Source of the DNA: Candidatus Doudnabacteria bacterium
GTDB lineage: Bacteria; Patescibacteriota; Doudnabacteria; UBA920
NCBI GenBank assembly: GCA_963768175.1
Contig: CAVYGQ010000001.1
Span: forward strand, 190,305-254,304
Direction of reading: 5' to 3'
Length of the DNA stretch: 64,000 nucleotides
Of this stretch, positions 17,652 to 27,913 are shown in pieces. The notes under the pieces were generated by a model that worked only from the letters and a program-made list of their open reading frames with translations, made no database searches and was not told the DNA's origin. Within the stretch, counting starts at the first letter, position 1, and each line of letters begins with the position of its first letter. The translations under genes were made by a program, and so were the position numbers.

Positions 17652-20444
17652 TTGTCATTCATGTCATTTTTGCTCATTAACCTTATGTCTTTTTTAACAA
17701 ACTTTTTTAGCGGCGACAAAAATCCTTTGGAAAAATATTCCAAACAGCTGGATTTGGTCAATCAATATAAAGATGAAGTTGCGGGGCTCTCCCAAGAAGC
17801 GATGAAAGAAGAGATCGCAAATTTTAGGACGGAAATTGCCAAACTGGAAACTGATAAAGAAATTTTCGCCCGGCTTAAAGAAATCGCGCCGAGGGTTTTT
17901 GCGCTAGTACGAGAAGCCGCGAAAAGATCCATCTCCCAATTCCACTACGACGTTCAGGTAGCCGGCGGTTTTGCGCTGGCTGAGGGAAAAATCGCGGAAA
18001 TGAAGACCGGTGAAGGTAAGACTTTAGCCGCGACTTTGCCACTAGTGCTTTACGCTTTGGCAGGCAAAGGCTCGCATTTAGTTACAGTTAACGACTATTT
18101 GGCCCGTTGGCAGGCCAGCTTAATGGGGCAGATTTATCATTATTTGGGACTTTCTGTTGCTTCCATTCAGCACGAGGCGTCATTTTTATACGATCCCGAA
18201 TATAAACCCGAGCAGGAAGAAATAGATAAGTTGCAAGGTGAAACCCAAGGTTTGGTTTTAGATGTTAAGCACATGCGGCCAATTTCCAGAAGAGAAGCTT
18301 ACGCGGCGGATATTACCTACGGCACCAATAACGAATTCGGTTTTGATTATTTGCGCGATAATATGGTGCAAAACATCAACCAGCTTGTCCAGCGGGATTT
18401 ATTTTACGCGATTGTGGACGAGGTGGACTCAATTCTTATTGATGAAGCGCGCACGCCTTTAATCATCAGCATGCCGGATACCGAGCCGACCAGCCAATAT
18501 TACGATTTTGCCCGCATGGTTGACCGTTTGGAAGAAGAAAAAGATTACACCGTGGATGAAAAGCATAAAGCCGCAAGCTTGACGGACGAAGGCATAAACA
18601 AAATAGAGGCCGTTTTAAAAATTCCGAATATTTACGACACGTCCAAAGGTGTAACCACCATCCACCATATTGAGCAGGCTGTGCGCGCCCGTGGCCTGTT
18701 TAAGAAAGACCGCGATTATGTGGTGCGCGAAGGGGAAATTATTATTGTGGACGAATTCACCGGGCGGTTAATGTTTGGCCGCCGATACAGTGAGGGCTTG
18801 CATCAGGCCATTGAAGCCAAGGAAGGCGTAAAAATCCAGGCAGAAAGCAAGACCTTGGCCACCATCACTTTCCAGAATTTGTTTAGATTGTATAAAAAAC
18901 TTTCCGGTATGACCGGTACGGCCAAAACCGAGGAAGAAGAATTTTTCAAAATTTACCAGCTTACCGTTGAACAAATCCCTACCAACAAGCCGATGATCCG
19001 GGAAGACAGTCCGGATGTGGTTTATAAAACCGAAACCGCCAAGTTTAACGCTATTGCCCGGGAAATAAAAGAGAGGCACAAAAAAGGGCAGCCGATACTA
19101 ATAGGCACAGTAAGCATCGCCAAAAACGAAATGCTGGCCGAGGTGCTAAAAAAAGAGGGCTTGCAGTTTGAACTCTTAAACGCCAAAAACCACGAACGCG
19201 AAGCGCACATTATTTCCCAGGCCGGCCGCTTGGGGCAAATTACCTTGGCAACCAATATTGCCGGGCGCGGCGTAGACATTATTTTGGGCGGCAACCCTCC
19301 GGACCTTGAGGAACAGAAGGCCGTAATCCAGGCCGGAGGACTTCACATTTTGGGCACGGAACGGCACGAATCCCGCCGCATAGACAACCAGTTAAGGGGC
19401 CGCAGTGGGCGCCAGGGCGACCCGGGTTCTTCCCAATTTTTTGTTTCTATGGAAGATGATTTAATGCGCCTGTTCGGCGGCGAACGGATGAAATCGCTAA
19501 TGACGACTTTGGGCTTACCAGATGAACAGCCTATAGAAGCCAAAATGGTTTCGCGCAGTATTGAATCTGCCCAAAAGAAAATAGAAGGCCTAAACTTTGA
19601 TACCAGAAAACACGTTTTGGAATTTGACGACGTTTTAAACCACCAGCGCAACCATATTTACAAAAAGCGACGTGTATATTTAGGAATTGAATCGATTAAG
19701 CAGCTGGAAAAGAAAACCGATGATAACGAAGGTGAATCGGAAGAAATTAAAGACAAACAAATTGACCTTAAAACCGAAATTCTTGGCTTAGTTCGTAACG
19801 AACTTACCGAATTAGTAGAGTTTAATTTAAATGTAGTGGATGAAAACGGCAACGAACAACGAGATTGGAATAATTTGTTTAAAGCGGCAAATACTATAAT
19901 TCCAGTAACGCCGGAGTTGCAAAAAAGGGCCAAAGCGGAATACGAAAACGCCGCGGACCAGGATTTTGCCGTGGCTGACACGTTCTATAAATCCGCCGTG
20001 GATATGTGGGAAGCCAAAGAAAAGGAGCTTGGTAAAGAAATTTTTGAAGGCGCCCAGCGTTTTGTTGCCCTGCAGGCTTTGGATAATTTATGGATGGAGC
20101 ATTTGGATACCATGGACCATTTGCGCGATTCGGTCAGATTACGCGGTTACGGCCAGCGCGACCCGTTGGTGGAGTACAAAAAAGAAGGTTACCAAATGTT
20201 CCAGACTTTGCTAAAAGAAATTAACAAGCAAATTGTTAACAGCATTTTCCATATTTCGGTAAACGTCCAGCCGCAGCAGCAAAATCAGAATTTGCCAAAT
20301 AATATGATAACTAATTTATCCGATGGCTCATCAGCACCAGGCAAATCATCGTCTGACTCCAAGTACGCTAACGTCGGCCGTAACGACCGCTGTCCTTGCG
20401 GCAGCGGAAAAAAATTCAAGAAGTGCCATGGGAAAAACGTATAG
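17652..20444 (+). CDS. secA: preprotein translocase ATPase SecA (true start possibly at the ATG at 17685)
   Basis: Walker A MKTGEGKT, DEAD-like motor, C-terminal zinc finger CPCGSGKKFKKCHG. Confidence 0.95.
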   Translation: MSFMSFLLINLMSFLTNFFSGDKNPLEKYSKQLDLVNQYKDEVAGLSQEAMKEEIANFRTEIAKLETDKEIFARLKEIAPRVFALVREAAKRSISQFHYDVQVAGGFALAEGKIAEMKTGEGKTLAATLPLVLYALAGKGSHLVTVNDYLARWQASLMGQIYHYLGLSVASIQHEASFLYDPEYKPEQEEIDKLQGETQGLVLDVKHMRPISRREAYAADITYGTNNEFGFDYLRDNMVQNINQLVQRDLFYAIVDEVDSILIDEARTPLIISMPDTEPTSQYYDFARMVDRLEEEKDYTVDEKHKAASLTDEGINKIEAVLKIPNIYDTSKGVTTIHHIEQAVRARGLFKKDRDYVVREGEIIIVDEFTGRLMFGRRYSEGLHQAIEAKEGVKIQAESKTLATITFQNLFRLYKKLSGMTGTAKTEEEEFFKIYQLTVEQIPTNKPMIREDSPDVVYKTETAKFNAIAREIKERHKKGQPILIGTVSIAKNEMLAEVLKKEGLQFELLNAKNHEREAHIISQAGRLGQITLATNIAGRGVDIILGGNPPDLEEQKAVIQAGGLHILGTERHESRRIDNQLRGRSGRQGDPGSSQFFVSMEDDLMRLFGGERMKSLMTTLGLPDEQPIEAKMVSRSIESAQKKIEGLNFDTRKHVLEFDDVLNHQRNHIYKKRRVYLGIESIKQLEKKTDDNEGESEEIKDKQIDLKTEILGLVRNELTELVEFNLNVVDENGNEQRDWNNLFKAANTIIPVTPELQKRAKAEYENAADQDFAVADTFYKSAVDMWEAKEKELGKEIFEGAQRFVALQALDNLWMEHLDTMDHLRDSVRLRGYGQRDPLVEYKKEGYQMFQTLLKEINKQIVNSIFHISVNVQPQQQNQNLPNNMITNLSDGSSAPGKSSSDSKYANVGRNDRCPCGSGKKFKKCHGKNV

Positions 20445-20880
20445 TTTTTTAAAGACTGAATTTCTGTTACCGACGCTCCTGTTTATTTTGTTTGAAACGC
20501 TTGATAGTTATATCACAATTATAGGCACACAGGGAGGCAACCAGAATTTTGAAGGTGATTTTATAGTGATATGGTTATGGCAGAGGCTGGGACAATATTA
20601 TTGGACATTGACCTTTATTTGGGTTCCTGTGGCGATTTTTATCGGACTGGCATTTTTTAGATTTATTGACAGGAAAATAGCTCTTATGTGGATGTATTCA
20701 GTTGGTTTTTCACACTTGCTTGGTTTTCTAACATGGACCCATTACGATATAATTAACCGGTTTACCGCAAGTCTAACCAATAACCAGTCGGTGGGGGTAC
20801 TATTTTTCGCAGCGTTTTTGTTAGGCGTATCCGCGACTTTTATCCACATAAAAATTAAGCCAAAATTAATTATTCATTAG
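20428..20880 (+). CDS. hypothetical membrane protein (4 predicted TM helices)
   Basis: ATG overlapping the secA stop; hydrophobic segments LLPTLLFILF, VPVAIFIGLAFF, GFLTW, VGVLFFAAFLLGV. Confidence 0.5.
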   Translation: MGKTYSFLKTEFLLPTLLFILFETLDSYITIIGTQGGNQNFEGDFIVIWLWQRLGQYYWTLTFIWVPVAIFIGLAFFRFIDRKIALMWMYSVGFSHLLGFLTWTHYDIINRFTASLTNNQSVGVLFFAAFLLGVSATFIHIKIKPKLIIH

Positions 20881-20888
20881 GAGAAATA

Positions 20889-21155
20889 ATGCCCAACGAT
20901 TATCTGAAAAAAGAACCGTCTAAAACCGAAAAATTTATGTATGAACTGGCGGTACACCAGCAGCAGCTGGAAAACCAGACTTTTTCCAATTCCATGACCG
21001 TTTTAGCGGTGGCTTTGGCTTTGGGGGCGGACGCGCAAAAAATTGCCAAGTTCTTAACAACCGATGAAGAAAAAATCAAGGAATTTGGTAAAAGCATAAA
21101 TGAAGCCATAGCCAAGTTCAAACCCGCAAAAGAAGAAACGAAAAAGGCAGAATAA
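20889..21155 (+). CDS. hypothetical small protein
   Basis: ORF with SD ggag 6 nt upstream; no recognisable domain. Confidence 0.45.
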   Translation: MPNDYLKKEPSKTEKFMYELAVHQQQLENQTFSNSMTVLAVALALGADAQKIAKFLTTDEEKIKEFGKSINEAIAKFKPAKEETKKAE

Positions 21156-21166
21156 TTTTGCTTTGA

Positions 21167-21220
21167 AACAATGGGCACCATTGGATTAAGGCATTGTTCA
21201 GACCAATGGTGCCCATTGTT
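21167..21220. repeat. palindromic repeat element, 18-bp perfect arms AACAATGGGCACCATTGG / CCAATGGTGCCCATTGTT (copy 1 of 2)
   Basis: Same arms found at 54373-54424. Confidence 0.8.
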
Positions 21221-21239
21221 AGCCCTAACTCAAAAAAGT

Positions 21240-21791
21240 ATGTTAAAGTTTATTACCGGCAATAGAACAAAGTTTAAAGAAGTGGCTGTGGTGCTGGCGC
21301 CTGTTAAAATTAGGCAGGTTAACATTGATTTAACTGAAATCCAGGAGCTGGATCCGCGAAAAATCATTGAACATAAATTGCGGGAGGCACTTAAGCACCA
21401 AAAGGGCGAGTTTATTATTGACGACAGCTCTTTATATCTAAAATGTTTTGGCTACAAATTGCCGGGACCACTGGTAAAATGGTTTAACGATACAATCGAA
21501 AGCAACGGCTACGCGGAATTAGTAAAATCTATGGGGGAGAACCGGGCTAAAGCCAAAACGATTATCGGTTACGCTAAAAACTCCAAATCTATTTTGTTTT
21601 TTGAAGGTAGTTTAAGCGGTAAAATTGTTGCGCCAAGGGGAAAATATAATTTTGGCTACGATCCGATTTTTGTGCCTTACGGAAAACGCGAAACTTTATC
21701 GGTAATCAAAGCTAAGGGTAATTTTGCATCCAGCCCGAGAGGAATCGCGGTTTTGAAGTTAAAAAAATACTTGAAAAGCAAATCACATTAG
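21240..21791 (+). CDS. rdgB: non-canonical purine NTP pyrophosphatase (Ham1/RdgB/ITPase family)
   Basis: MLKFITGNRTKFKEV N-terminus and FGYDPIFVP C-terminal motif; the ORF-track start at 21171 would read through the repeat element, so the ATG at 21240 is preferred. Confidence 0.75.
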   Translation: MLKFITGNRTKFKEVAVVLAPVKIRQVNIDLTEIQELDPRKIIEHKLREALKHQKGEFIIDDSSLYLKCFGYKLPGPLVKWFNDTIESNGYAELVKSMGENRAKAKTIIGYAKNSKSILFFEGSLSGKIVAPRGKYNFGYDPIFVPYGKRETLSVIKAKGNFASSPRGIAVLKLKKYLKSKSH

Positions 21792-21839
21792 TTAACGGCC
21801 GTAATTTAATGTGATTAAACTGTTTTCAGGAATAGACCT

Positions 21840-24401
21840 ATGAAAAATGTCAGATTGCAAACGCACGTCAAGCCGGAAAGATATCAGCTTACCATAAAAC
21901 CCGACTTGAAAGGGTTTGTTTTTGAAGGTGAAGAGGTTATAAATTTGTCTTTAGGGAAACCAGTGCGCGAAATAACCCTTCACGCCAAGGAGTTAAGTAT
22001 AACTAATGTAAAATTCCAAATTTCTAATTTCAAATTTCCAATAAAAAGCATCAAATACAACCAGAAAGCCGAAACGGCTACTTTTAGCTTCGGGCAAACT
22101 TTGCCTAAAGGCAAGGGGGAACTAAGATTGAAGTTTAAGGGAATTCTAAATGATAAAATGCGCGGGTTTTACAGAAGCAAGTATACACACAACGGCAAGG
22201 AAAAACATATTGCCACGACGCAATTTGAGGCCACAGATGCCCGCATGGCCTTCCCTTGCTTTGACGAACCAGCGCACAAAGCGGTATTTGACATAACGCT
22301 GATAGTGCCAAAAGGTTTGGCGGCGATTTCCAATACAATTGAGTCGGAGATTATAGAACATGAAAGCGGCTACAACATAGTAAAATTCCAACCCACGCCA
22401 AAAATGTCAACTTATTTGGTGGCTTTTATAATCGGAGATTTTGAATTTATACAAGGCAAAACCAAAGACGGCGTTTTGGTTAGAGTTTTCGTCACGCCGG
22501 GCAAAAAACATCAGGCCAAATTCGCTTTAAATACCGCTATCCGCTGTTTGGAATTCTACAACGAATATTTTGGGATTTCTTATCCTTTGCCGGCCTTGGA
22601 CTTGATTGCCATCCCGGATTTCAGCCACGGCGCCATGGAAAACTGGGGCGCGGTCACTTACCGTGAATCCGCTTTACTGACAGATCCGGAAAACTCGTCG
22701 GCCTCAAATAAGCAGTGGGTGGCTTTGGTTATCGCCCACGAACTGGCGCACCAGTGGTTCGGCAATCTGGTGACTATGCAGTGGTGGACACATTTGTGGT
22801 TGAACGAAGGCTTTGCCTCTTACATTGAATACTTAGCCATAGACCATATTTTTCCCAAATGGGATGTCTGGACGCAATTTGCCTATAACGATTTGAGTCC
22901 GGCCTTGGAGCTGGACGGCTTAAAAAACACGCACCCAATAGAAGTGGAAGTCCATCACCCGGACGAGATCGGAGAAATTTTTGATGAGATAAGCTACAGC
23001 AAAGGCTCAAGCGTCATAAGAATGCTGGCGGGCTTTCTGGGAGAAAAAGATTTTCGTGATGGACTAAGGTATTATTTAAAAAAACATTCCTATCAAAATG
23101 CCTCAACCGTGCATCTTTGGAGAGCGTTTGAAAAAATTTCCAAAAAGCCGGTGGCTAAAATAATGCAAAATTGGACGGGCAAAGGCGGATACCCGATAGT
23201 GAAAATTGAGACGCTGAAAGACGACAAAAAAAGCTTGGTTGTAAACACAATGCAACAAAGGTTTTTTTCCAGCCCGCTTTCTAAAACCCAGGACAAAACT
23301 TTGTGGCAAATCCCAATAAGCAATCTTTCATCTGCGAATAAAAATCGCGGCTCCCATTTTTTGGCTTCAAAAAGGCAAAAGTTTTTTAGCCCCTGCGTCA
23401 AGTGGCTTAAAATTAACGCCGGCGAAACGGGTTTTTTCCGTACGCAATACGATGGAAATTTGCTGACAAAATTATCCGGGCCAGTTTTTTCCCAAAAACT
23501 CCCGCCAATAGACCGGCTGGGCATAATCCGCGATTTGTTGGCTCTGTCTGAAGCCGGAGAGATGCCTTCCGTAAGGGCACTGGAATTTATGGGCAATTAC
23601 AAAAATGAAACCGACTATACAGTTTGGGTTGAATTGGCCTCGGGCTTGTCCGATTTAAAAAATTTGCTCTATGGGCAAAAATGCTACGGAGAATTTGAAA
23701 AGTTTGCGCGAGAAATATTTACCGGCATTGGCAAAAAATTGGGATGGAAAACCAAAGCCGGAGAGGGTCATACCCGAGGATTGCTCCGAAGTTTGGTTTT
23801 AAACCAGTTAATCGGTTATAATTATCAGCCAGCGATAAAGTCGGGAGTGAAAATTTACAAATCGGCAAAAAATATTCCGGCCGATATTAGGGCCGCGGTT
23901 TATCATGCTAGGGCCGTAACCGGGACGCAAAACGATTATCGGAAATTTATTAAAAGATACCGAAAAGAAAGCTTAAGCGAAGAAAAAAACAGAATTGGCC
24001 GCGCGCTCGGCCAGTTTACTGATATAAAATTGTTAAAAAAATCTTTGAAATTCGCTTTGTCTAGAAATGTGCGCATTCAGGATACGGCGGGAATTTTTGC
24101 CGCAGTTTGGGCAAATCCTAAAGGAAAAAAAATTGCCTGGGAGTTTACAAAAAGGAATTGGGCCACCCTGGTTAAACGTTACCCGCCTTCCAGCCACATT
24201 TTAAACAGGTTTGTCAAAATGACCGCGGGCCTTACAAACACCCAAGAGGCCAAAGAAGTGTCAACGTTCTTTAAACAGCACAAAGCCCCGGGAGCGAAGC
24301 GCGTTATTTTACAGGTTTTGGAAAAAATCTATTCCAATGGCGCGTGGCTCAAGCGCGATTTAAAACATATCGAAACTTGGTTAAATGTTCAAAAACTTTG
24401 A
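21840..24401 (+). CDS. pepN: aminopeptidase N (M1 family zinc metallopeptidase)
   Basis: GAMENWG exopeptidase motif; HELAHQWFGNLVTMQWWTHLWLNEGFASY zinc-binding HExxH-x18-E. Confidence 0.9.
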   Translation: MKNVRLQTHVKPERYQLTIKPDLKGFVFEGEEVINLSLGKPVREITLHAKELSITNVKFQISNFKFPIKSIKYNQKAETATFSFGQTLPKGKGELRLKFKGILNDKMRGFYRSKYTHNGKEKHIATTQFEATDARMAFPCFDEPAHKAVFDITLIVPKGLAAISNTIESEIIEHESGYNIVKFQPTPKMSTYLVAFIIGDFEFIQGKTKDGVLVRVFVTPGKKHQAKFALNTAIRCLEFYNEYFGISYPLPALDLIAIPDFSHGAMENWGAVTYRESALLTDPENSSASNKQWVALVIAHELAHQWFGNLVTMQWWTHLWLNEGFASYIEYLAIDHIFPKWDVWTQFAYNDLSPALELDGLKNTHPIEVEVHHPDEIGEIFDEISYSKGSSVIRMLAGFLGEKDFRDGLRYYLKKHSYQNASTVHLWRAFEKISKKPVAKIMQNWTGKGGYPIVKIETLKDDKKSLVVNTMQQRFFSSPLSKTQDKTLWQIPISNLSSANKNRGSHFLASKRQKFFSPCVKWLKINAGETGFFRTQYDGNLLTKLSGPVFSQKLPPIDRLGIIRDLLALSEAGEMPSVRALEFMGNYKNETDYTVWVELASGLSDLKNLLYGQKCYGEFEKFAREIFTGIGKKLGWKTKAGEGHTRGLLRSLVLNQLIGYNYQPAIKSGVKIYKSAKNIPADIRAAVYHARAVTGTQNDYRKFIKRYRKESLSEEKNRIGRALGQFTDIKLLKKSLKFALSRNVRIQDTAGIFAAVWANPKGKKIAWEFTKRNWATLVKRYPPSSHILNRFVKMTAGLTNTQEAKEVSTFFKQHKAPGAKRVILQVLEKIYSNGAWLKRDLKHIETWLNVQKL

Positions 24402-25083
24402 CGATTTTACAAACTTAAAATACGGAATATCGAAAAAATCCGACGGCGCGATGGAATTGGCGGTCGGAGATTTATCGAAAGCAAATAATCGCCGGGTCTA
24501 TTTTAACCGTCAAGGGGTAAATGTTTTAAATACAGTTAATGCCGGGATTGTTCATTCTGCCACGGTCCACAAAGTTGGCGGGGACCATCACGGTAAAACA
24601 ATTTCGGAGACAGACGCTTTGGTAACCGGTGATCATAATTTGTTTCTAACCGTAACCGTAGCCGATTGTTTTCCTGTCTATTTTTACAATCCCGCCTTAA
24701 ACATCATAGGCCTTGCGCACTCCGGCTGGCGAGGGACTGCGGGCAATATAGTCGGACAGGCAGTCCAAACTATTTCCAATAATCCGACAAATTTATTAGC
24801 CGGCATCGGCCCAGGCATCGGCCCTTGCCATTTTGAAATTAAAGATGACGTTTTGAAAAAATTTGCAAGCTATCCGGAAGCCGTAATAAATCGGGGCAAC
24901 AAACTTTTTGTGGATTTACCGATGATTATCAAAAAACAGCTGGTTGTTGCCGGCTTAAAAAGCCAAAATATTGAAAATTGCGGCAAATGCACTTTTTGCC
25001 TAAAAGAAGAGTATTTTTCTTACAGGCGGGATAAGCCAAAAAGTATTGAGACAATGATTGCGTATATCGGGCTACTGTCATAG
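24385..25083 (+). CDS. pgeF: YfiH/PgeF family (Cu-oxidase_4 / purine nucleoside phosphorylase LACC1-like)
   Basis: VADCFPVYFY...AHSGWRGTAGNIV...GIGPCHFEI conserved Cys/His motifs. Confidence 0.8.
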   Translation: MFKNFDDFTNLKYGISKKSDGAMELAVGDLSKANNRRVYFNRQGVNVLNTVNAGIVHSATVHKVGGDHHGKTISETDALVTGDHNLFLTVTVADCFPVYFYNPALNIIGLAHSGWRGTAGNIVGQAVQTISNNPTNLLAGIGPGIGPCHFEIKDDVLKKFASYPEAVINRGNKLFVDLPMIIKKQLVVAGLKSQNIENCGKCTFCLKEEYFSYRRDKPKSIETMIAYIGLLS

Positions 25084-25275
25084 AGCCATTTTAACATTTT
25101 ATCATACTACCATTTTACCAGAGGTCAAAAAAACCGAACCGCCAAGATGTTAGAATGTTAATATGCTAACATTGATAAAATTACTTGCGCTGTTGCCAAA
25201 ATCCTAAAGTTTGCTATAATATCCAAAGTTACTTAATTACCATTTTCCCCATACAAAACCGATTTTAAAAATAAC

Positions 25276-26763
25276 ATGCATCCAAAGCTTAAACTTTTTT
25301 CTTCACTTTTGGCGATACTGCTCATAGCAGCCGGTGCGGTATGGATAGTATTGCCTCAAGGCAGCAAAATCAGCCTAGAAAGTCTTAAAATACCCTATAG
25401 CCAAAACTATAAAATCCATTTGGGTCTGGATTTGCAGGGCGGTAGCCACTTGGTTTATCAGGCCGATTTTAGCGGCATTAAGCCTGCCGACCAAGCCGAC
25501 GCTTTAAACGCCATTCGCGATACTATTGAAAGGCGCGTCAACAGTTTTGGCGTCAGCGAACCTTTAGTACAGGTTTCCGGAAGCAACCAAATAGTTATAG
25601 AGCTTCCCGGCATAAAAGACATCAACGAGGCCATAAATCAAATCGGACAAACTCCGACGCTGGAATTTAAAACCCAAAATCCTAATCCCCAGCCGGTAAC
25701 CGCATCCGGTACCAGCGTGACTTTAAATGCGGGCGACCAATGGTTATCCACCGGACTTTCGGGCAAACAACTGCAAAAAGCGACTGTAGATTACCAGCAA
25801 GGGCAGACTTTGAGCAGCCAGGTTGTCGTGCGGCTTCAGTTTGACAGCGACGGGGCAAAACTTTTTTCACAAATTACTTCTGCTAATGTTGGCAAACCGC
25901 TCGCCATCTTTCTCGACGGCCAGCTGCTATCCGCTCCCACAGTGCAAAACGCCATAACTGACGGTACGGCCATAATCACCGGTAATTTTACCGTGCAGCA
26001 AGCGAAAGATTTGGCTACCAGACTTAACAGTGGGGCTTTGCCCGTACCTATAAAGCTGATTTCCCAAGAAACCGTCGGTGCGACTTTGGGCAAGGAATCA
26101 GTACAAAAATCCGTGGAAGCCGGTATTATTGGTTTAATCCTGATAGTTTTATTTATGATAATCTACTACCGTTTTCCCGGAGTCCTGGCCACTTTTGCCC
26201 TGTTGATTTATGCCGTAGTGTCGTTCGCGATTTTTAAAATCGGAATTTCGTTTACCGCCGTGGTGTTAGTCGGATTGTTTTTCTTTTTGGGATTAACGGT
26301 CAGCGCCTGGTTCGGGACTTTAGCTTTTTTAAGCTACTTACTGTTGATTTTTCTAAACGGGCTTGCCCCAGTGACCTTAACTTTAGCGGGCATCGCCGGA
26401 TTTATTTTATCCATCGGCATGGCCGTTGATGCCAATATTTTGATTTTTGAGAGGTTAAAGGAAGAAATCCGTTCTGGCAAGGAAATTCACAAAGCCGTTG
26501 AAGAAGGTTTCAAACGGGCCTGGCTTTCCATCCGCGATTCCAATGTTTCCAGCTTAATTACAACCACCATTCTTTATATATTTGGAACTCCTTCCATTAA
26601 AGGGTTTGCCGTAACTTTGGGCATCGGTATTTTAATTTCCATGTTTACTGCGATTACCGTTACTAGGACTTTTTTGCGGGTATTTGTAGGTAATAACATT
26701 GCCACGCATCCGTGGTTATTCGGAGTAAGTAAAATAAAAGAAGTTTCTAACAGTAAATCTTAA
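25276..26763 (+). CDS. secD: protein translocase subunit SecD
   Basis: LGLDLQGGSHLVYQAD periplasmic domain; C-terminal six-TM SecD/F domain. Confidence 0.9.
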   Translation: MHPKLKLFSSLLAILLIAAGAVWIVLPQGSKISLESLKIPYSQNYKIHLGLDLQGGSHLVYQADFSGIKPADQADALNAIRDTIERRVNSFGVSEPLVQVSGSNQIVIELPGIKDINEAINQIGQTPTLEFKTQNPNPQPVTASGTSVTLNAGDQWLSTGLSGKQLQKATVDYQQGQTLSSQVVVRLQFDSDGAKLFSQITSANVGKPLAIFLDGQLLSAPTVQNAITDGTAIITGNFTVQQAKDLATRLNSGALPVPIKLISQETVGATLGKESVQKSVEAGIIGLILIVLFMIIYYRFPGVLATFALLIYAVVSFAIFKIGISFTAVVLVGLFFFLGLTVSAWFGTLAFLSYLLLIFLNGLAPVTLTLAGIAGFILSIGMAVDANILIFERLKEEIRSGKEIHKAVEEGFKRAWLSIRDSNVSSLITTTILYIFGTPSIKGFAVTLGIGILISMFTAITVTRTFLRVFVGNNIATHPWLFGVSKIKEVSNSKS

Positions 26764-26774
26764 CACCAATTAAA

Positions 26775-27668
26775 ATGTTTGACATTTTAAAGTATTACAA
26801 ATTTTTCTTCTGTGTTTCAGGAATAATTTTGCTTTTCGGGATTGTCTCCCTTTCGGTTTATCATTTGAAGCTCGGCGTAGATTTTAAGGGAGGCAGCCAA
26901 GTCCAGCTGCAGTTTAACCAGCCGGTTGATATTACCAAGGTCCAAGATGCCGTAAGATCGCAGAATTTAGGGAATTTTCAGCTACAAACGGCTTCCAATA
27001 ACGGTTTGATAATTGAGACGGAAAGTTTAAACAAAGACCAGCACGACCAGCTATTGGCTAAAATTCAGTCAACAGTGGGAAATTTTACGGAAACCGAGTA
27101 TACCACCATTGGCCCGGTCATTGGCAAACAACTGACGCAAAGCGCTTTTTGGCAACTTTTATTCGTTTCTTTAGGAATTGTTTTTTACATCGGCTACGCC
27201 TTCCGCAAGGTTACCAAGCCTGTTACTTCCTGGCGATTTGGTTGGGCGGCAGTTATCGCTTTACTCCACGACCTACTTTTTGTTTTGGGAGTTTTCTCTA
27301 TTTTGGGACATTTTAAAGGCGTAGAAATAGACAGCTTATTTGTCACCGCCATGCTCACAGTCTTGGGCTTTTCTGTCCACGATACCATTGTGGTTTTCGA
27401 CCGGATTAGAGAAAACTTGAGGGTTTACGCGGGGCAAAGCATTGAGTTTGTGGTTAACCACAGCATCAGCCAAACTTTAGTCAGGTCTTTAAATACCAGC
27501 TTAACCGTTTTGTTTGTTTTGCTAAGCTTACTGCTGTTTGGCGGTGAAACCATTAAATATTTTGTCTTTGCCTTATTTATTGGGATTATTGTGGGGACCT
27601 ACTCATCTATTTTTATCGCAAGCCCTGTGCTTGTGCTTTGGCAAAGGTGGAAAACAAAACAAATATAA
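26775..27668 (+). CDS. secF: protein translocase subunit SecF
   Basis: GVDFKGGSQVQLQF; SecF TM domain. Confidence 0.9.
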   Translation: MFDILKYYKFFFCVSGIILLFGIVSLSVYHLKLGVDFKGGSQVQLQFNQPVDITKVQDAVRSQNLGNFQLQTASNNGLIIETESLNKDQHDQLLAKIQSTVGNFTETEYTTIGPVIGKQLTQSAFWQLLFVSLGIVFYIGYAFRKVTKPVTSWRFGWAAVIALLHDLLFVLGVFSILGHFKGVEIDSLFVTAMLTVLGFSVHDTIVVFDRIRENLRVYAGQSIEFVVNHSISQTLVRSLNTSLTVLFVLLSLLLFGGETIKYFVFALFIGIIVGTYSSIFIASPVLVLWQRWKTKQI

Positions 27669-27704
27669 AGGGATATTAATTAACGTTAAGATATTGAAAT
27701 ATCC

Positions 27705-27732
27705 AAAATCTTCCTTATTTAAGGAAGATTTT
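27705..27732 (+). terminator. rho-independent terminator after secF
   Basis: aaaatcttcctta-ttt-aaggaagatttt. Confidence 0.6.
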
Positions 27733-27748
27733 ATTTATCTTAAAACAT

Positions 27749-27778
27749 TTGACAATTAAGCTTATTTTATGCTATACT
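27749..27778 (+). promoter_or_regulatory. sigma-70-like promoter TTGACA-18 bp-TATACT, followed by an 11-bp perfect inverted repeat AATTCATAACT/AGTTATGAATT in the 5'UTR
   Basis: Consensus hexamers; the inverted repeat at ~27808-27850 is a candidate operator. Confidence 0.45.
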
Positions 27779-27913
27779 GATATAAATTAACAATACTTAA
27801 TAATTCATAACTAAATATCAAAAATTCTGCATAAGTTATGAATTATCTATTATAAATTATCAGTTATTTAACCCTCGACTTCTTCGCTCGGGGTAAAATT
27901 TTTAGGAAATTTT

